Shown in pieces: positions 8,039 through 16,916 of a DNA stretch of 64,000 nt (its first letter is position 1; each line of letters begins with the position of its first letter). This DNA is from an uncultured Acidobacteriota bacterium. GTDB taxonomy: Bacteria; Acidobacteriota; Terriglobia; Acidiferrales; UBA7541. The notes under the pieces are model-generated. The model saw only the letters and a list, made by a program, of their open reading frames with translations. It was not told the origin of the DNA and made no database searches. A program made the position numbers and the translations under genes. The DNA lies in NCBI GenBank assembly GCA_963703675.1, contig CAVPFH010000011.1, positions 10,565-74,564 of the forward strand. The letters are read 5' to 3'.

Positions 8039-9262
8039 TCAACGCGAGAAAACTGCTCCATGCGGCGCGGCTGTCCCTTTCCAACCGTGCGACCACTCGC
8101 GATCCTCGAAATTGAAACCAGCTTTTCCGTCGATATCACGAAAAGCGTCATCCAGGCTGATGGCGCCGGTCGCCTGATCTAACTTCAGTAGAAAGAGACG
8201 ATGGTCTTCGGGCGACCCACTGGAAGTCACTGCGAGCCGCTGCGTCTTCTCGCCCCATGAGGTCCAGTGCGGCGCGTAAGTATCGGTCAGTTTCAATCGC
8301 GACGTTTCCACTGGCTTCGCCGCGTTCGCAATATCGAGCACGATCAACCCGTGCATCGCGGGCACGCTCTGAACCAGATAGTGCCCAACAATCGTCGGAA
8401 CTCCGCACCAGTTACCGGGAAAAGTATAGACAAGCTGGGACTTGGGTTCGTTTTTGTCCACGTCGGTAATGCGCTCAATCCCACAACCCAGCGTCTGAAT
8501 GAAGACCGATCCGTCGGGACCGAGGCGCGGCTCTTCAGGGCTAATCTGCGCGTAGCGATTCTGCCCGACATCAAGATACGCCGTCTTGAGCAGCTTGAGA
8601 TCAGAAAGACGCCACACCTGATAGGTCACGCCACTAAAAATGTCGTCCAAATGCATGGAGGAATTTGTCGAAACGATACGGTCTTCGTCGGGCAGCACGA
8701 CGAGGCTGTAGGGCATTAGCAACGCTCCCGCAAATGCAGGATCCGCACTGCTCCTGGAGCGAATCAATTTGCCCTGATCATCGATTTCTACCAACCCGCC
8801 GGTAGTACCACCTGGCCCATCCCCGCCATGATGCACATGCTGAAACGTGGCCAGCACATGTCCATTGGGAAGACGCAAGTATGAGTGCGGATGCATGTAG
8901 CCATCCATATCAGTAAACGAAGCCGATACCTTGGGATGCAGCGGGTCTCGCAAGTCAAAAACAAAAGTCCGGCCCGAGTCGTGATCATTGGCAAACAGCA
9001 TCCCACCGGCCGGCATTGTGTACTCAGTGTGATGCGCTCGCGTGGTCTGCTGATCGGTGCCGAGGGTTGTCACCAAATGTCCGTACGAAGGCGATGACGG
9101 GTCCGCATCGATCACCGCAAGGAAATCGTTGCCCTTAAGCGCGGAATCGCCTGCCCAGACGAATAAATAGTCATCCGGCGCTTTCGCGGTGTGGTCCTGC
9201 GAGGGGAATCGAATTCCGACGGCACACCAGGCCAAGGCGAGAATGCAAAAAAGACGCGACAT
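8039..9262 (-). CDS. Secreted beta-propeller protein, selenium-binding protein (SBP56)/methanethiol-oxidase-like
   Basis: Preferred start ATG 9262 gives a signal peptide (MSRLFCILALAWCAVG). DYLFVWAGD...DFLAVIDADPSSPSYGHLVTTL....AHHTEY resembles the SBP56 N-terminal block (DYLatVDvDPkSPqY...HHSGW). The family call is from memory of that motif only. Confidence 0.5.
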   Translation of the reverse strand: MSRLFCILALAWCAVGIRFPSQDHTAKAPDDYLFVWAGDSALKGNDFLAVIDADPSSPSYGHLVTTLGTDQQTTRAHHTEYTMPAGGMLFANDHDSGRTFVFDLRDPLHPKVSASFTDMDGYMHPHSYLRLPNGHVLATFQHVHHGGDGPGGTTGGLVEIDDQGKLIRSRSSADPAFAGALLMPYSLVVLPDEDRIVSTNSSMHLDDIFSGVTYQVWRLSDLKLLKTAYLDVGQNRYAQISPEEPRLGPDGSVFIQTLGCGIERITDVDKNEPKSQLVYTFPGNWCGVPTIVGHYLVQSVPAMHGLIVLDIANAAKPVETSRLKLTDTYAPHWTSWGEKTQRLAVTSSGSPEDHRLFLLKLDQATGAISLDDAFRDIDGKAGFNFEDREWSHGWKGTAAPHGAVFSR

Positions 9263-9401
9263 GGACACCTCGATAAACGAAATTGTAGATGTTTGCTGGC
9301 GCTGGAGCATATCAGGCTTGATAGGGGCGGTACAGTAATCGAATTGCTTTCGGCTATCGGCAGTTCAATCAACGGGCATTTTGTTCCACGTCAGCGATCT
9401 T

Positions 9402-12110
9402 TTAATCTTGTCGAAGCGTCTGAGCCGGATCAATCCACATGACGCGCGCGCCCGGGACGGCGCTTGCGAGTGCCGCGACTGTCAGCAAGAAGACAGCCCC
9501 ACTCGCAAAGGTGAGCGGATCAAGTGCTGAAACCCCGAACAGCAGCCCGCTCGTCAATTTTTGCGCGGCCCAAGCTCCAACCAACCCTATCATCGCGCCA
9601 ATTGTGGCCATCTCCAGGCTCTGTTTCAAAACGAGCCAAAGAACATTGGTCCGGCTGGCGCCAAGCGCGATTCGCACTGCTAGTTCCTGTTTCCGTTGCG
9701 CAACCAAGAAAGAAACCACGCCGTAAATGCCGACCACGGCCAGCCCCAGCCCCGCGGCCGCAAAAGAAGAGAGCAGCACGGTTGTCAAACGCTCACCGCT
9801 GGTCTTCTCTTCGAGGAGTTCGTCCATGGTTTGCACTTCGGCGAATGGCATATCGGAATCGAGCTCATGCAGCTGACGTCGGACTGCGGGAGCCAACAAG
9901 CGCGGCCCCAAAGCCGTGCGAATCACAATATCCTTGAATCCGTAATTCACCAGAGGATGTTGCGAATACAAAACGACAATCTGCGGTTCGGCCGGCAGTC
10001 TTAGTCCAGCGTTCCGGAAATCACCGGTAACGCCAACGATCGTTACGTCCGCAGAGTCTGTCACACCCCCTCCGAGCGGAACTTGCATAAATTGTGGAGG
10101 TCCAATGTGAATTTGCCGGCCGACAGGATCCTGGGTCGAAAAATAGCGCCGCTCAAATTCCTCGTTGATCAGGGCGACAGGCCGTCTCCTGGCATTATCT
10201 GATTCAGCGAAATCTCTTCCACGCATCAGCGGAATTCCCAGTGTGCGAAGAAAATGGGCATCGGCAACCCCAGATTGCGCTGCCGGAACATCCTGAATTC
10301 GCGCGACCGGGCGCCCCGGAATACCGAGCATCTGAGTCCAGCCGTTGTCCGGCGGATAAACCGTGGTTATGCTTGCGTCCACTACGCCAGGCAATGCGCG
10401 GACCTTATTTGCGAAAGCTTCGCAAAAGCGTGTGATCGCGCCCGGGTCCGGATATCGAACGCTGGGAAGGTAGAAATGGCCTTTGAGCAAATGATCCTGT
10501 CTGATTCCCAATCTTTGATGCTGCAGCCGGATAATGCTTTGAACCAAAAGTCCCGCACTGATTAGCAGAATCAAGGACAGCGCCATTTCCATCACCACAA
10601 GTATGTTGCGCATCCGTTGGCCGCTTTTGGCCACGGTCCCGAAGCGTCCGCCTTGTTTCAAAGCATCCACCAGATTCAGGCGAGTACCAGTAATTGCCGG
10701 CGCCAGACCAAAGAGCAGAACAGTAATCAGAGACAGCGATAAGGTAAACGTCAAAACTCGCCAGTCGATTCCGACGGATTCAATTTGAGGCAGATTTGTG
10801 GGATGCATTCTCACCAAGCTTAGGAGTGCAACTTTTGCGAGAACCAAACCCGCTGCCGCACCGGCGAGCGATAGCAGCAATGTCTCGGCAAGAAGTTGTC
10901 GAACGAGCCCCCCTCGTCCCGATCCCAGTGCAGTGCGCACCGCCATTTCACGCTGCCGCGCCGAATTGCGAGCCAAAAGCAAATTGGCAAGGTTCACGCA
11001 GGCTATGAGCAAGATCAAGCTCACGGCCCCCATCAATAGTAAAAGCATCGGCCGCAGCGATCCCACGCGAGTGTCAGCCAATTTTTTGACGACCACGCCG
11101 ACGCCCTGATCGACCGGATACTCCGCCGACAGCGCAGCGGCTAGCACCGAAAGATCCGCCTGAGCCTGTTCGACGGACACGCCAGGCTTCAAGCGCCCGA
11201 GCGCTAGGAATCCGCGCCCTCCCCGCGCGCTTTCCGACCACACATCCGAAAACGCAAAGGGAGTCCACACTTGAACTGAATCAAGGCGTCCGGATTCCAC
11301 CCACTCAGGAGTCACGTCCGGCATTACCGCGACAATGGTGTAAGGTTCCGCGTTAATGCGAATCGTGCGTCCCAATATCGATGGATTACCGGCGAACCGG
11401 TTCCTCCATAGCTGGGTGCTTATTGCGGCCACATAATTCTTGCCTTCCTGATTTTCATCCTCGGTAAACAGCCGTCCGATGATTGGTTGAATATCGAGAA
11501 CTTCGAAATAAGCTGCCGGGACCAGACCCACTCGCATCTGCTCCGGCTCGCCCGCGGGATCGCCAAAACTCAGGTTCTTCCGCCAAGTGTCATACACCAC
11601 CATCTTTTGGAAGCTGTGGCTTCTCTGCGCAAAGTCCCGAACGTCCAACACCGAGGGACCATCAGGATTAGCGAAGGTATCGGTGATGCCATGTTGAATG
11701 GAGTAGATGCGCACCAGTTGATCCGGGGAAGTGAACGGCAATGGCCGCAGCATCAGCGCCTCAATGGCGCTGAAAATCGCGGTGTTAGCGCCCATTCCCA
11801 AAGCAAGAGTGAGCACAGCAACAGCTGTAAAGCCCGCGCTCTTGTGCAGCGACCGCCCGCCGTAACGCAAGTCCCGCAGAAATTTTTCGAACCACGCAAA
11901 GCCCCATAATTCGCGTACCTCTTCAGCTACTTGGGTGGTGTTGCCAAAGGCGCGGTGAGCGGCGTGACGCGCCTCTCCTGCCAAAATACCGGACTCCTGT
12001 TGCTCCAAAGTCTCCGCCGTCAAATGTGACTGCAGCTCTCGCTGTAGATCGTCTTCCAACGCACGTCTTCGCTGAGGCCAGGGAAGCCGTGAAGTAAGCC
12101 GGCGCCACAC
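9402..12110 (-). CDS. ADOP-family duplicated permease (two MacB-like periplasmic core + FtsX halves)
   Basis: 902 aa. N-terminal header (LEDDLQRELQSHL...AHRAFGNTTQVAEEVRELWGFAWFEKFLRDLRYGGRSL) and two FtsX-type 4-TM modules. GTG start lies 2 nt after the padR stop. No cognate ABC ATPase is adjacent. Confidence 0.85.
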   Translation of the reverse strand: MWRRLTSRLPWPQRRRALEDDLQRELQSHLTAETLEQQESGILAGEARHAAHRAFGNTTQVAEEVRELWGFAWFEKFLRDLRYGGRSLHKSAGFTAVAVLTLALGMGANTAIFSAIEALMLRPLPFTSPDQLVRIYSIQHGITDTFANPDGPSVLDVRDFAQRSHSFQKMVVYDTWRKNLSFGDPAGEPEQMRVGLVPAAYFEVLDIQPIIGRLFTEDENQEGKNYVAAISTQLWRNRFAGNPSILGRTIRINAEPYTIVAVMPDVTPEWVESGRLDSVQVWTPFAFSDVWSESARGGRGFLALGRLKPGVSVEQAQADLSVLAAALSAEYPVDQGVGVVVKKLADTRVGSLRPMLLLLMGAVSLILLIACVNLANLLLARNSARQREMAVRTALGSGRGGLVRQLLAETLLLSLAGAAAGLVLAKVALLSLVRMHPTNLPQIESVGIDWRVLTFTLSLSLITVLLFGLAPAITGTRLNLVDALKQGGRFGTVAKSGQRMRNILVVMEMALSLILLISAGLLVQSIIRLQHQRLGIRQDHLLKGHFYLPSVRYPDPGAITRFCEAFANKVRALPGVVDASITTVYPPDNGWTQMLGIPGRPVARIQDVPAAQSGVADAHFLRTLGIPLMRGRDFAESDNARRRPVALINEEFERRYFSTQDPVGRQIHIGPPQFMQVPLGGGVTDSADVTIVGVTGDFRNAGLRLPAEPQIVVLYSQHPLVNYGFKDIVIRTALGPRLLAPAVRRQLHELDSDMPFAEVQTMDELLEEKTSGERLTTVLLSSFAAAGLGLAVVGIYGVVSFLVAQRKQELAVRIALGASRTNVLWLVLKQSLEMATIGAMIGLVGAWAAQKLTSGLLFGVSALDPLTFASGAVFLLTVAALASAVPGARVMWIDPAQTLRQD

Positions 12111-12112
12111 GT

Positions 12113-12475
12113 TTAGGTCTCCTCATTCGACGCCGGCCACATCACCAGCCCAATCGCTTTCGCCAGTCGTTTCCATTTCGATTCTTCGTGAGCGAGCTGT
12201 TTTCTACCTGCGGGAGTCAATCGATAAAATTTGAACTCGCGATTCCGATCTTTCATCGCTTCCCACTTCGCGGTAATCCAGCCTTTACGTTCCATACGAT
12301 GCAGAGCCGGATACAGCGACCCGTGCTCCACTTGTAGAACGTCATCCGTAGTCCTCTGAATATGCTTCGCGATCTGATGCCCGTGAGCCGGTCCGAACAG
12401 AAGTGTTCGCAGAATGAGCATAGCAAGCGTGCCTTGCAAGAATTCACTCCGGTTGGCGGTAAGGTTGGGCGTCAT
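12113..12475 (-). CDS. PadR-family transcriptional regulator
   Basis: 120 aa. LQGTLAMLILRTLLFGPAHGHQIAKHI......GSLYPALHRMERKGWITAKWE is the PadR winged-helix pattern. Co-transcribed with the ADOP permease, as is typical. Confidence 0.85.
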   Translation of the reverse strand: MTPNLTANRSEFLQGTLAMLILRTLLFGPAHGHQIAKHIQRTTDDVLQVEHGSLYPALHRMERKGWITAKWEAMKDRNREFKFYRLTPAGRKQLAHEESKWKRLAKAIGLVMWPASNEET

Positions 12476-12479
12476 GACA

Positions 12480-12516
12480 GTAGACGTTCTACCATAGCTA
12501 GGGTAGACGCGCTACC
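12480..12516. promoter_or_regulatory. Two copies of a 14-bp imperfect palindrome (GTAGACGTTCTACC / GTAGACGCGCTACC), candidate PadR operator
   Basis: 12480-12493 and 12503-12516 start 23 bp apart and differ at 2 of 14 positions. Each has GTAG..CTAC arms. They begin 5 nt upstream of the padR start codon. Confidence 0.45.
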
Positions 12517-12661
12517 TTCGCTTGCGTTAGCAACTGTCTGAAATACAGCCACCCCGGCCAAACCTAGCATTCCGGCTATCGTTTAAATTCACCCTGGCTC
12601 AGGCGCACGGCCTCACCCCGGTGACTCACGCGCTTCCGGTCGCGTATACTTCTCAACCACA

Positions 12662-13141
12662 ATGAACTGGCTCCCATGGGCGCCGCTAGCGGCGGCGATT
12701 CTTCATATGAGCGAGGAATTCATCTATCCGGGCCGATTTGCGGAGTGGTACAGGCGATACCGCGCGAACGCTTCCCGAATTACATCCAGATTTTTAGTAA
12801 TCATTAACGCCTTGCTGTTAATCGCGTGCGTCGATGTGGGAATACTTGGGCGCACAACGGCAGGAGCCGTCTACTGGCTAATCATCGCAGCATTGCTGTG
12901 CTCAAACGGAATTTGGCACGCATGGGCAAGCTGCAAGTCCCGCAGTTATTCCCCCGGCGTAGTCACCGGCGTAACGATCTATGTGCCGCTTGCACTTTAC
13001 GGCTACGGCCATTTTCTACGATCAGGGGCAGTTTCGATCGGCACGGCGTTGGTCGCAGTAATCGCGGGAGGCTCGTATCATTTTTGGTCAGCCCTGTATC
13101 ATAGGAGTCTGCGAGTATTATCCCAAAAGCGTATTTCCTAG
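12662..13141 (+). CDS. HXXEE-domain membrane protein
   Basis: 159 aa. N-terminal ILHMSEEFIYP (HxxEE motif) followed by about 4 hydrophobic helices. Confidence 0.65.
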   Translation: MNWLPWAPLAAAILHMSEEFIYPGRFAEWYRRYRANASRITSRFLVIINALLLIACVDVGILGRTTAGAVYWLIIAALLCSNGIWHAWASCKSRSYSPGVVTGVTIYVPLALYGYGHFLRSGAVSIGTALVAVIAGGSYHFWSALYHRSLRVLSQKRIS

Positions 13142-13430
13142 TGTCAGAAGCGAGGTCGGGGCTGCGTCCGCCAACTCAAGTCCCACGACGATGCGCAATC
13201 TGTAATCGGATGTTCTTTCGACAGAGTAACGCTAGTGCAGCAACCGGTCCGTTGGTATTTTGTCTCGGCTCTGTGCGTCTTATTTTTTGTCTTAGCGCAG
13301 ACTTTTCAGGCCTGCTTACTGGTTTTGGATTCCCGCAGCGAATGGCCGGCAAAATGAACTACTGACCTATCTGTTGCAAATCGACCAAGTCAGGGCTCTG
13401 ATGGTGATGGCGTCGATTCTGTAGCGGATT

Positions 13431-13917
13431 GTGGCGTACTGTGCTATTGCGCTTACATACCGTAAGAATGCGCCATTGGCCTCGCTACTTGGATTGATTT
13501 TCGGCGCTGCCTTCATTGGATTTGAAATCTCGGTTCGCAGCATTGATTTCCTTCGTGGTCGGCCGGCTCTGGGCGCATGCATTGCGGGCAACCGCTAACG
13601 CCAGTGATCGCGAAATGATCCTGCATCGCTTTGCCGATTGCAATGAAATCCTCCGGGGATGGCATTTCCCGCTCCTGTTGTCTCATTTGCTCTGTTCGTT
13701 CGCGTTTGTTATAGCTACGTTACGAAAACAGGACTTCTGGCAATTAGCGGCACCGCCGGCATTTTCGCTCAACGCATCCCGGCTGCTAGGACGATTTCTG
13801 AGCACGTTTGCGGGGCAGCTGATCTTCGACTTGATGCTTGTCGCCTGGTTTCTTCATTGGGCAGGGAGCGCCGCAAGACAGACTCACGGTTGTGGTCGCG
13901 GAAACTCTTCGATGTGA
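13431..13917 (+). pseudogene. Possible decayed membrane-protein gene (frameshift near 13550); alternatively a 133-aa hypothetical membrane protein from TTG 13516
   Basis: Frame 3 (13431-13597) reads VAYCAIALTYRKNAPLASLLGLIFGAAFIGFEISVRSIDFLRG...stop. Frame 1 (13516-13917) continues as ...FVVGRLWAHALRA...LLLSHLLCSFAFVIATL...LIFDLMLVAWFLHW. A 1-nt shift after ...SIDFL joins two hydrophobic halves. Further upstream there is an in-frame TAG at 13422-13424. Confidence 0.3.
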
Positions 13918-14279
13918 AATTCTCCCTTGCGGCCAAAGTAAATGACCTTCTTGCCCGTAAGAAAAGCCCAGTAGGCGATCACTCCGGCAGCGGTCGCGCG
14001 TTTCACAAACTCCGGATAGCGAATTGTGTCCGTTTGCGCGCCGCGAATCGCTTCGATGAGCCCCAGTGACGAGAATTCCTCAGCGATGGGAGCCGGTGGA
14101 AGCGTCATTTTCTCCGCATGGGTATTGCCGTCGCGCATATATACAGTTTCCTGCAGTGCCGCAAAATCGCAGAAATAAGATTCGACACCCACGTCAAGCA
14201 GCCTTGGCACTACCTCGCGGAAAGTCAGCTTACCCGCCTGCGTTTCTTCCATCACCTGGTGCATGACGTCCCTATTCAT
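13884..14279 (-). CDS. DUF1398-family protein (YbcV/phage-envelope-protein-like)
   Basis: Preferred start ATG 14279 (MNRDVMHQV...). The pattern ...FREVVPRLLDVGVESY...RGAQTDTIRYPEFVKRATAAGVIAYW...YFGRKGEFHIEEF parallels E. coli YbcV as I recall it. Confidence 0.6.
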   Translation of the reverse strand: MNRDVMHQVMEETQAGKLTFREVVPRLLDVGVESYFCDFAALQETVYMRDGNTHAEKMTLPPAPIAEEFSSLGLIEAIRGAQTDTIRYPEFVKRATAAGVIAYWAFLTGKKVIYFGRKGEFHIEEFPRPQP

Positions 14280-14505
14280 TGCTGTCCTTTGTCTTATCGG
14301 TATTTTTGTGGATCGACGCCGCGTTCCCAGCGCGTGCGAGCTGAATTTGAGGTTCGTGCTAACGCCCATACCGCAAATTATATGCAAAGCCCGAATATTG
14401 CGAGTATGTTGTATTCCTTTGCCGGTATGGCGAATCGATCACGCGAATACTTGGATCGACGCTGTGAGCGCCTTCGATGATTTTGCGGCAAAATGTGGTG
14501 AACCT

Positions 14506-15429
14506 GTGAGTAAAGCGTCCTGGCTTATCATCGTGCTTTTGCTCCTCATGGCGTCGGTGCCGTCGGCTGCATCGCAAACCTGCGGCTCGCAGGGCATCGC
14601 CGTTCAAGTTCTCGGATCCGGAGGTCCGGAACTGCAAGACAAGCGCGCCTCCAGCAGCTACCTCGTATGGGTAGATGGGCAAGCGAAAGCGCTGATCGAT
14701 GCAGGAGGAGGAAGCGCGCTTCGATTCGGTGAAAGCGGCGCGCAAATGTCGCAACTGGATGTGATTTTATTCAGTCACTTCCATGTCGATCACAGCGCCG
14801 ACTTTTCAGCGCTGATCAAATCTTCCTGGTTCGAAGATCGCAGCCGGCCGCTGCCGATCTATGGACCGTCGGGAAACGATTTCATGCCGTCGACTACGGA
14901 ATTTGTCTCCGATTTCTTTGGTGGCAAGCGCGGAGTCTACAGGTATCTGAGCGAGCTATTGGATCCAGGTGAAGACGGCAGCTACAAAATGCAGCCGCAC
15001 AATGTCGAGGCGGGTGAGACACCTGTGACCGTATTCCGCAACGGCGATTTCGCCGCATCTGCCGCGCATGTGATTCATGGCGGTGTCCCGGCGTTAGCAT
15101 GGCGAATCGAAGTGCGCAGCAAAGTGATCGCATATAGCGGTGATACCAACGGCGAAGGCGAGGGCCTGGTGCGCATAGCGACGAACGCTGACGTGTTCAT
15201 TGCTCACAACGCCGTGCCCGAAGGCGTTACGGGCATAGAAAGGCGACTGCACATGCCTCCGTCGGTGATAGGCCAAGTTGCCGCTGACGCACACGTCAAG
15301 AATTTGGCTCTGTCCCATCGTATGCTTCGCACATTGGGCAAAGAGACCCAAACCGAGTCAGAAATCAGGAAACACTATTCAGGGCCTATCGAATTCGCAA
15401 ACGACCTCGACTGTTTCCCCATCAAATAG
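14506..15429 (+). CDS. Secreted MBL-fold metallo-hydrolase
   Basis: HFHVDHSAD (HxHxDH) zinc motif. GTG 14506 gives a signal peptide (VSKASWLIIVLLLLMASVPSAASQ). The ORF-track N-terminal extension from 14263 is not protein-like. Confidence 0.75.
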   Translation: MSKASWLIIVLLLLMASVPSAASQTCGSQGIAVQVLGSGGPELQDKRASSSYLVWVDGQAKALIDAGGGSALRFGESGAQMSQLDVILFSHFHVDHSADFSALIKSSWFEDRSRPLPIYGPSGNDFMPSTTEFVSDFFGGKRGVYRYLSELLDPGEDGSYKMQPHNVEAGETPVTVFRNGDFAASAAHVIHGGVPALAWRIEVRSKVIAYSGDTNGEGEGLVRIATNADVFIAHNAVPEGVTGIERRLHMPPSVIGQVAADAHVKNLALSHRMLRTLGKETQTESEIRKHYSGPIEFANDLDCFPIK

Positions 15430-15513
15430 GCTGGAGGCATACTTCGCGCGACGAAAATCGTTGCGTCCCCCATTCCAACGATATCTTATGGCGGCAATCG
15501 AAGGGACCTTCGG

Positions 15514-15651
15514 ATGACAGTCTTTGCGATGCGATTCGCCGTAATGGCCCTCGTAGTTCTGATGATCCTCATGCAGCCTGCTCGTGCACCGACCACGGAC
15601 GCCGACGGGGAACAAGCCTTAAAGGAATATGCACGGGTAGGTTTTTACTGA
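15514..15651 (+). CDS. Small ORF (45 aa) with a signal-peptide-like N-terminus; possibly a gene remnant
   Basis: ATG 15514 to TGA 15649-15651: MTVFAMRFAVMALVVLMILMQPARAPTTDADGEQALKEYARVGFY. Below the ORF-track cutoff and no clear RBS. Confidence 0.2.
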   Translation: MTVFAMRFAVMALVVLMILMQPARAPTTDADGEQALKEYARVGFY

Positions 15652-15764
15652 CCATGCGCCGATACCTGTTTGAGCCGGTAATTCTCACCGGAACTTACAA
15701 GATTCCAGGCGTTTTGTGCATAGATTGCCCGGATCGGTAAAGTCGAAGTGCAGTGACGGTGCTG

Positions 15765-16910
15765 CTAGGCTAGTGGCGGTTCGTAAATGTAGGCCATGCC
15801 GTCGCGGGTCATGGCATATGCAACGGACCCATCGACGTTCCACCGCAGGTCCGCGATTCCTTCGGCGGCGTACTCATCGAATATTTCATTGCGGTTAAGA
15901 TCCACAAGAAACAGCCGCCCCTTCGCCGAATCTTTCTGCCAGGAACTGTAACAAAGGCACAAAGGAAGATGCGGGTGGCAGGCGCACAACTCGGCGCTGA
16001 ACGGAAGAAGGTGAAAGTTCATAGTCGCCAGGTCGAGCTTGTACGCTTGCCCAGCAGCGCAGTAAAGAACCCGGCTGCTGTCCGGAGTCCAGCTGATGTC
16101 GCTAATGTGCCCTTGCACCTGAAACACGATCTGATTGCGAATATTGGGCACATCGGCAAAAACGATGGAATCGTCCGCCCATTCGCCGTGAATTTCGACC
16201 ACGGATGCCACGATTTTTTCGTCGGGGCTGAACACAGTTTGCCCATAGCCGGCGAAATCACCTTCACCGCTGAGTTCGGCTTCGTAAGCCTGCTTTTCAA
16301 ACCCTTCATGTACGCGAATTTCACCGCAAACTTTTATTTTGAGCGCCGAAGCATCGCCGGTCACCGTCCACAAGCGTACGGAGGCTTCCTGCCCGCCGGT
16401 TGCAGCCGCCGCAAAATAGTTTCCTTTGTCGGACCACGCCAACCCGGCAGCGAAGTGCTTGAATTTTCCAAAGATGCCCGCCACAGCCCGGGAATTCAGA
16501 TCGAATACGTGCAGCGCGGGTTCCCACGCGCCCCAGGCCGCGACCAAATGACGCCCGGCGAGCGACCAGGCGAATGCGGAAGGTAGGTACGGCGCGAAAG
16601 CGAGCTTCTCGCCTTCCACCGAGAGCACAAATTTCGGAGCGCTCGATTCGATGTCATACAGCACGAGCCGGGGCGCCCTCCCGCCTCCGCTGGATGAAAT
16701 CGCCGTCACCGTGCCAGCCGCGGAAATGGACCGGCGCGTTATCTGGCCAGCGCACACTTTTTTCACAATCCAATTGGACTCGCGCGCGAGATCACGCAGC
16801 CCACGGGTAACAAGGGCCGATGAGCGCACGGTAAGGTTTTGTGTGCTCGTCGGTACGATTTGCTGGCCGGGAGAGCTGGTTTGAGGCTTATCGTTGGTAG
16901 TTGTCGGCAT
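15765..16910 (-). CDS. Beta-propeller (WD40/PD40-like) repeat protein with a Cys/His cluster; function unknown
   Basis: 381 aa. Low-complexity N-terminus, then repeated blades (LAWSDKGNYFAAA, VFSPDEKIVASV, ISWTPDSSRVLYCA, LRWNVDGSVAYAM). Cluster ELCACHPHLPLCLCY. Start lies 6 nt after the J-domain gene stop. Confidence 0.6.
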   Translation of the reverse strand: MPTTTNDKPQTSSPGQQIVPTSTQNLTVRSSALVTRGLRDLARESNWIVKKVCAGQITRRSISAAGTVTAISSSGGGRAPRLVLYDIESSAPKFVLSVEGEKLAFAPYLPSAFAWSLAGRHLVAAWGAWEPALHVFDLNSRAVAGIFGKFKHFAAGLAWSDKGNYFAAAATGGQEASVRLWTVTGDASALKIKVCGEIRVHEGFEKQAYEAELSGEGDFAGYGQTVFSPDEKIVASVVEIHGEWADDSIVFADVPNIRNQIVFQVQGHISDISWTPDSSRVLYCAAGQAYKLDLATMNFHLLPFSAELCACHPHLPLCLCYSSWQKDSAKGRLFLVDLNRNEIFDEYAAEGIADLRWNVDGSVAYAMTRDGMAYIYEPPLA

Positions 16911-16916
16911 AGATTG

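Noticed and set aside
13141-13591. ORFs 13141-13365 (plus) and 13367-13591 (minus) as real genes.
   Set aside because: They have no RBS, no family motif and odd composition. The area is better explained as broken frames of one decayed membrane-protein gene, and even that is low confidence.
14263-14505. N-terminal extensions offered by the ORF track for several genes: 14263, 18164, 19449, 20146, 23190, 36420, 43059, 49676, 55678 and 63353.
   Set aside because: The extensions overlap neighbouring genes or lack homology. Internal starts with an RBS and/or a signal peptide, or the family-typical N-terminus, fit better. The chosen starts are given in the features.
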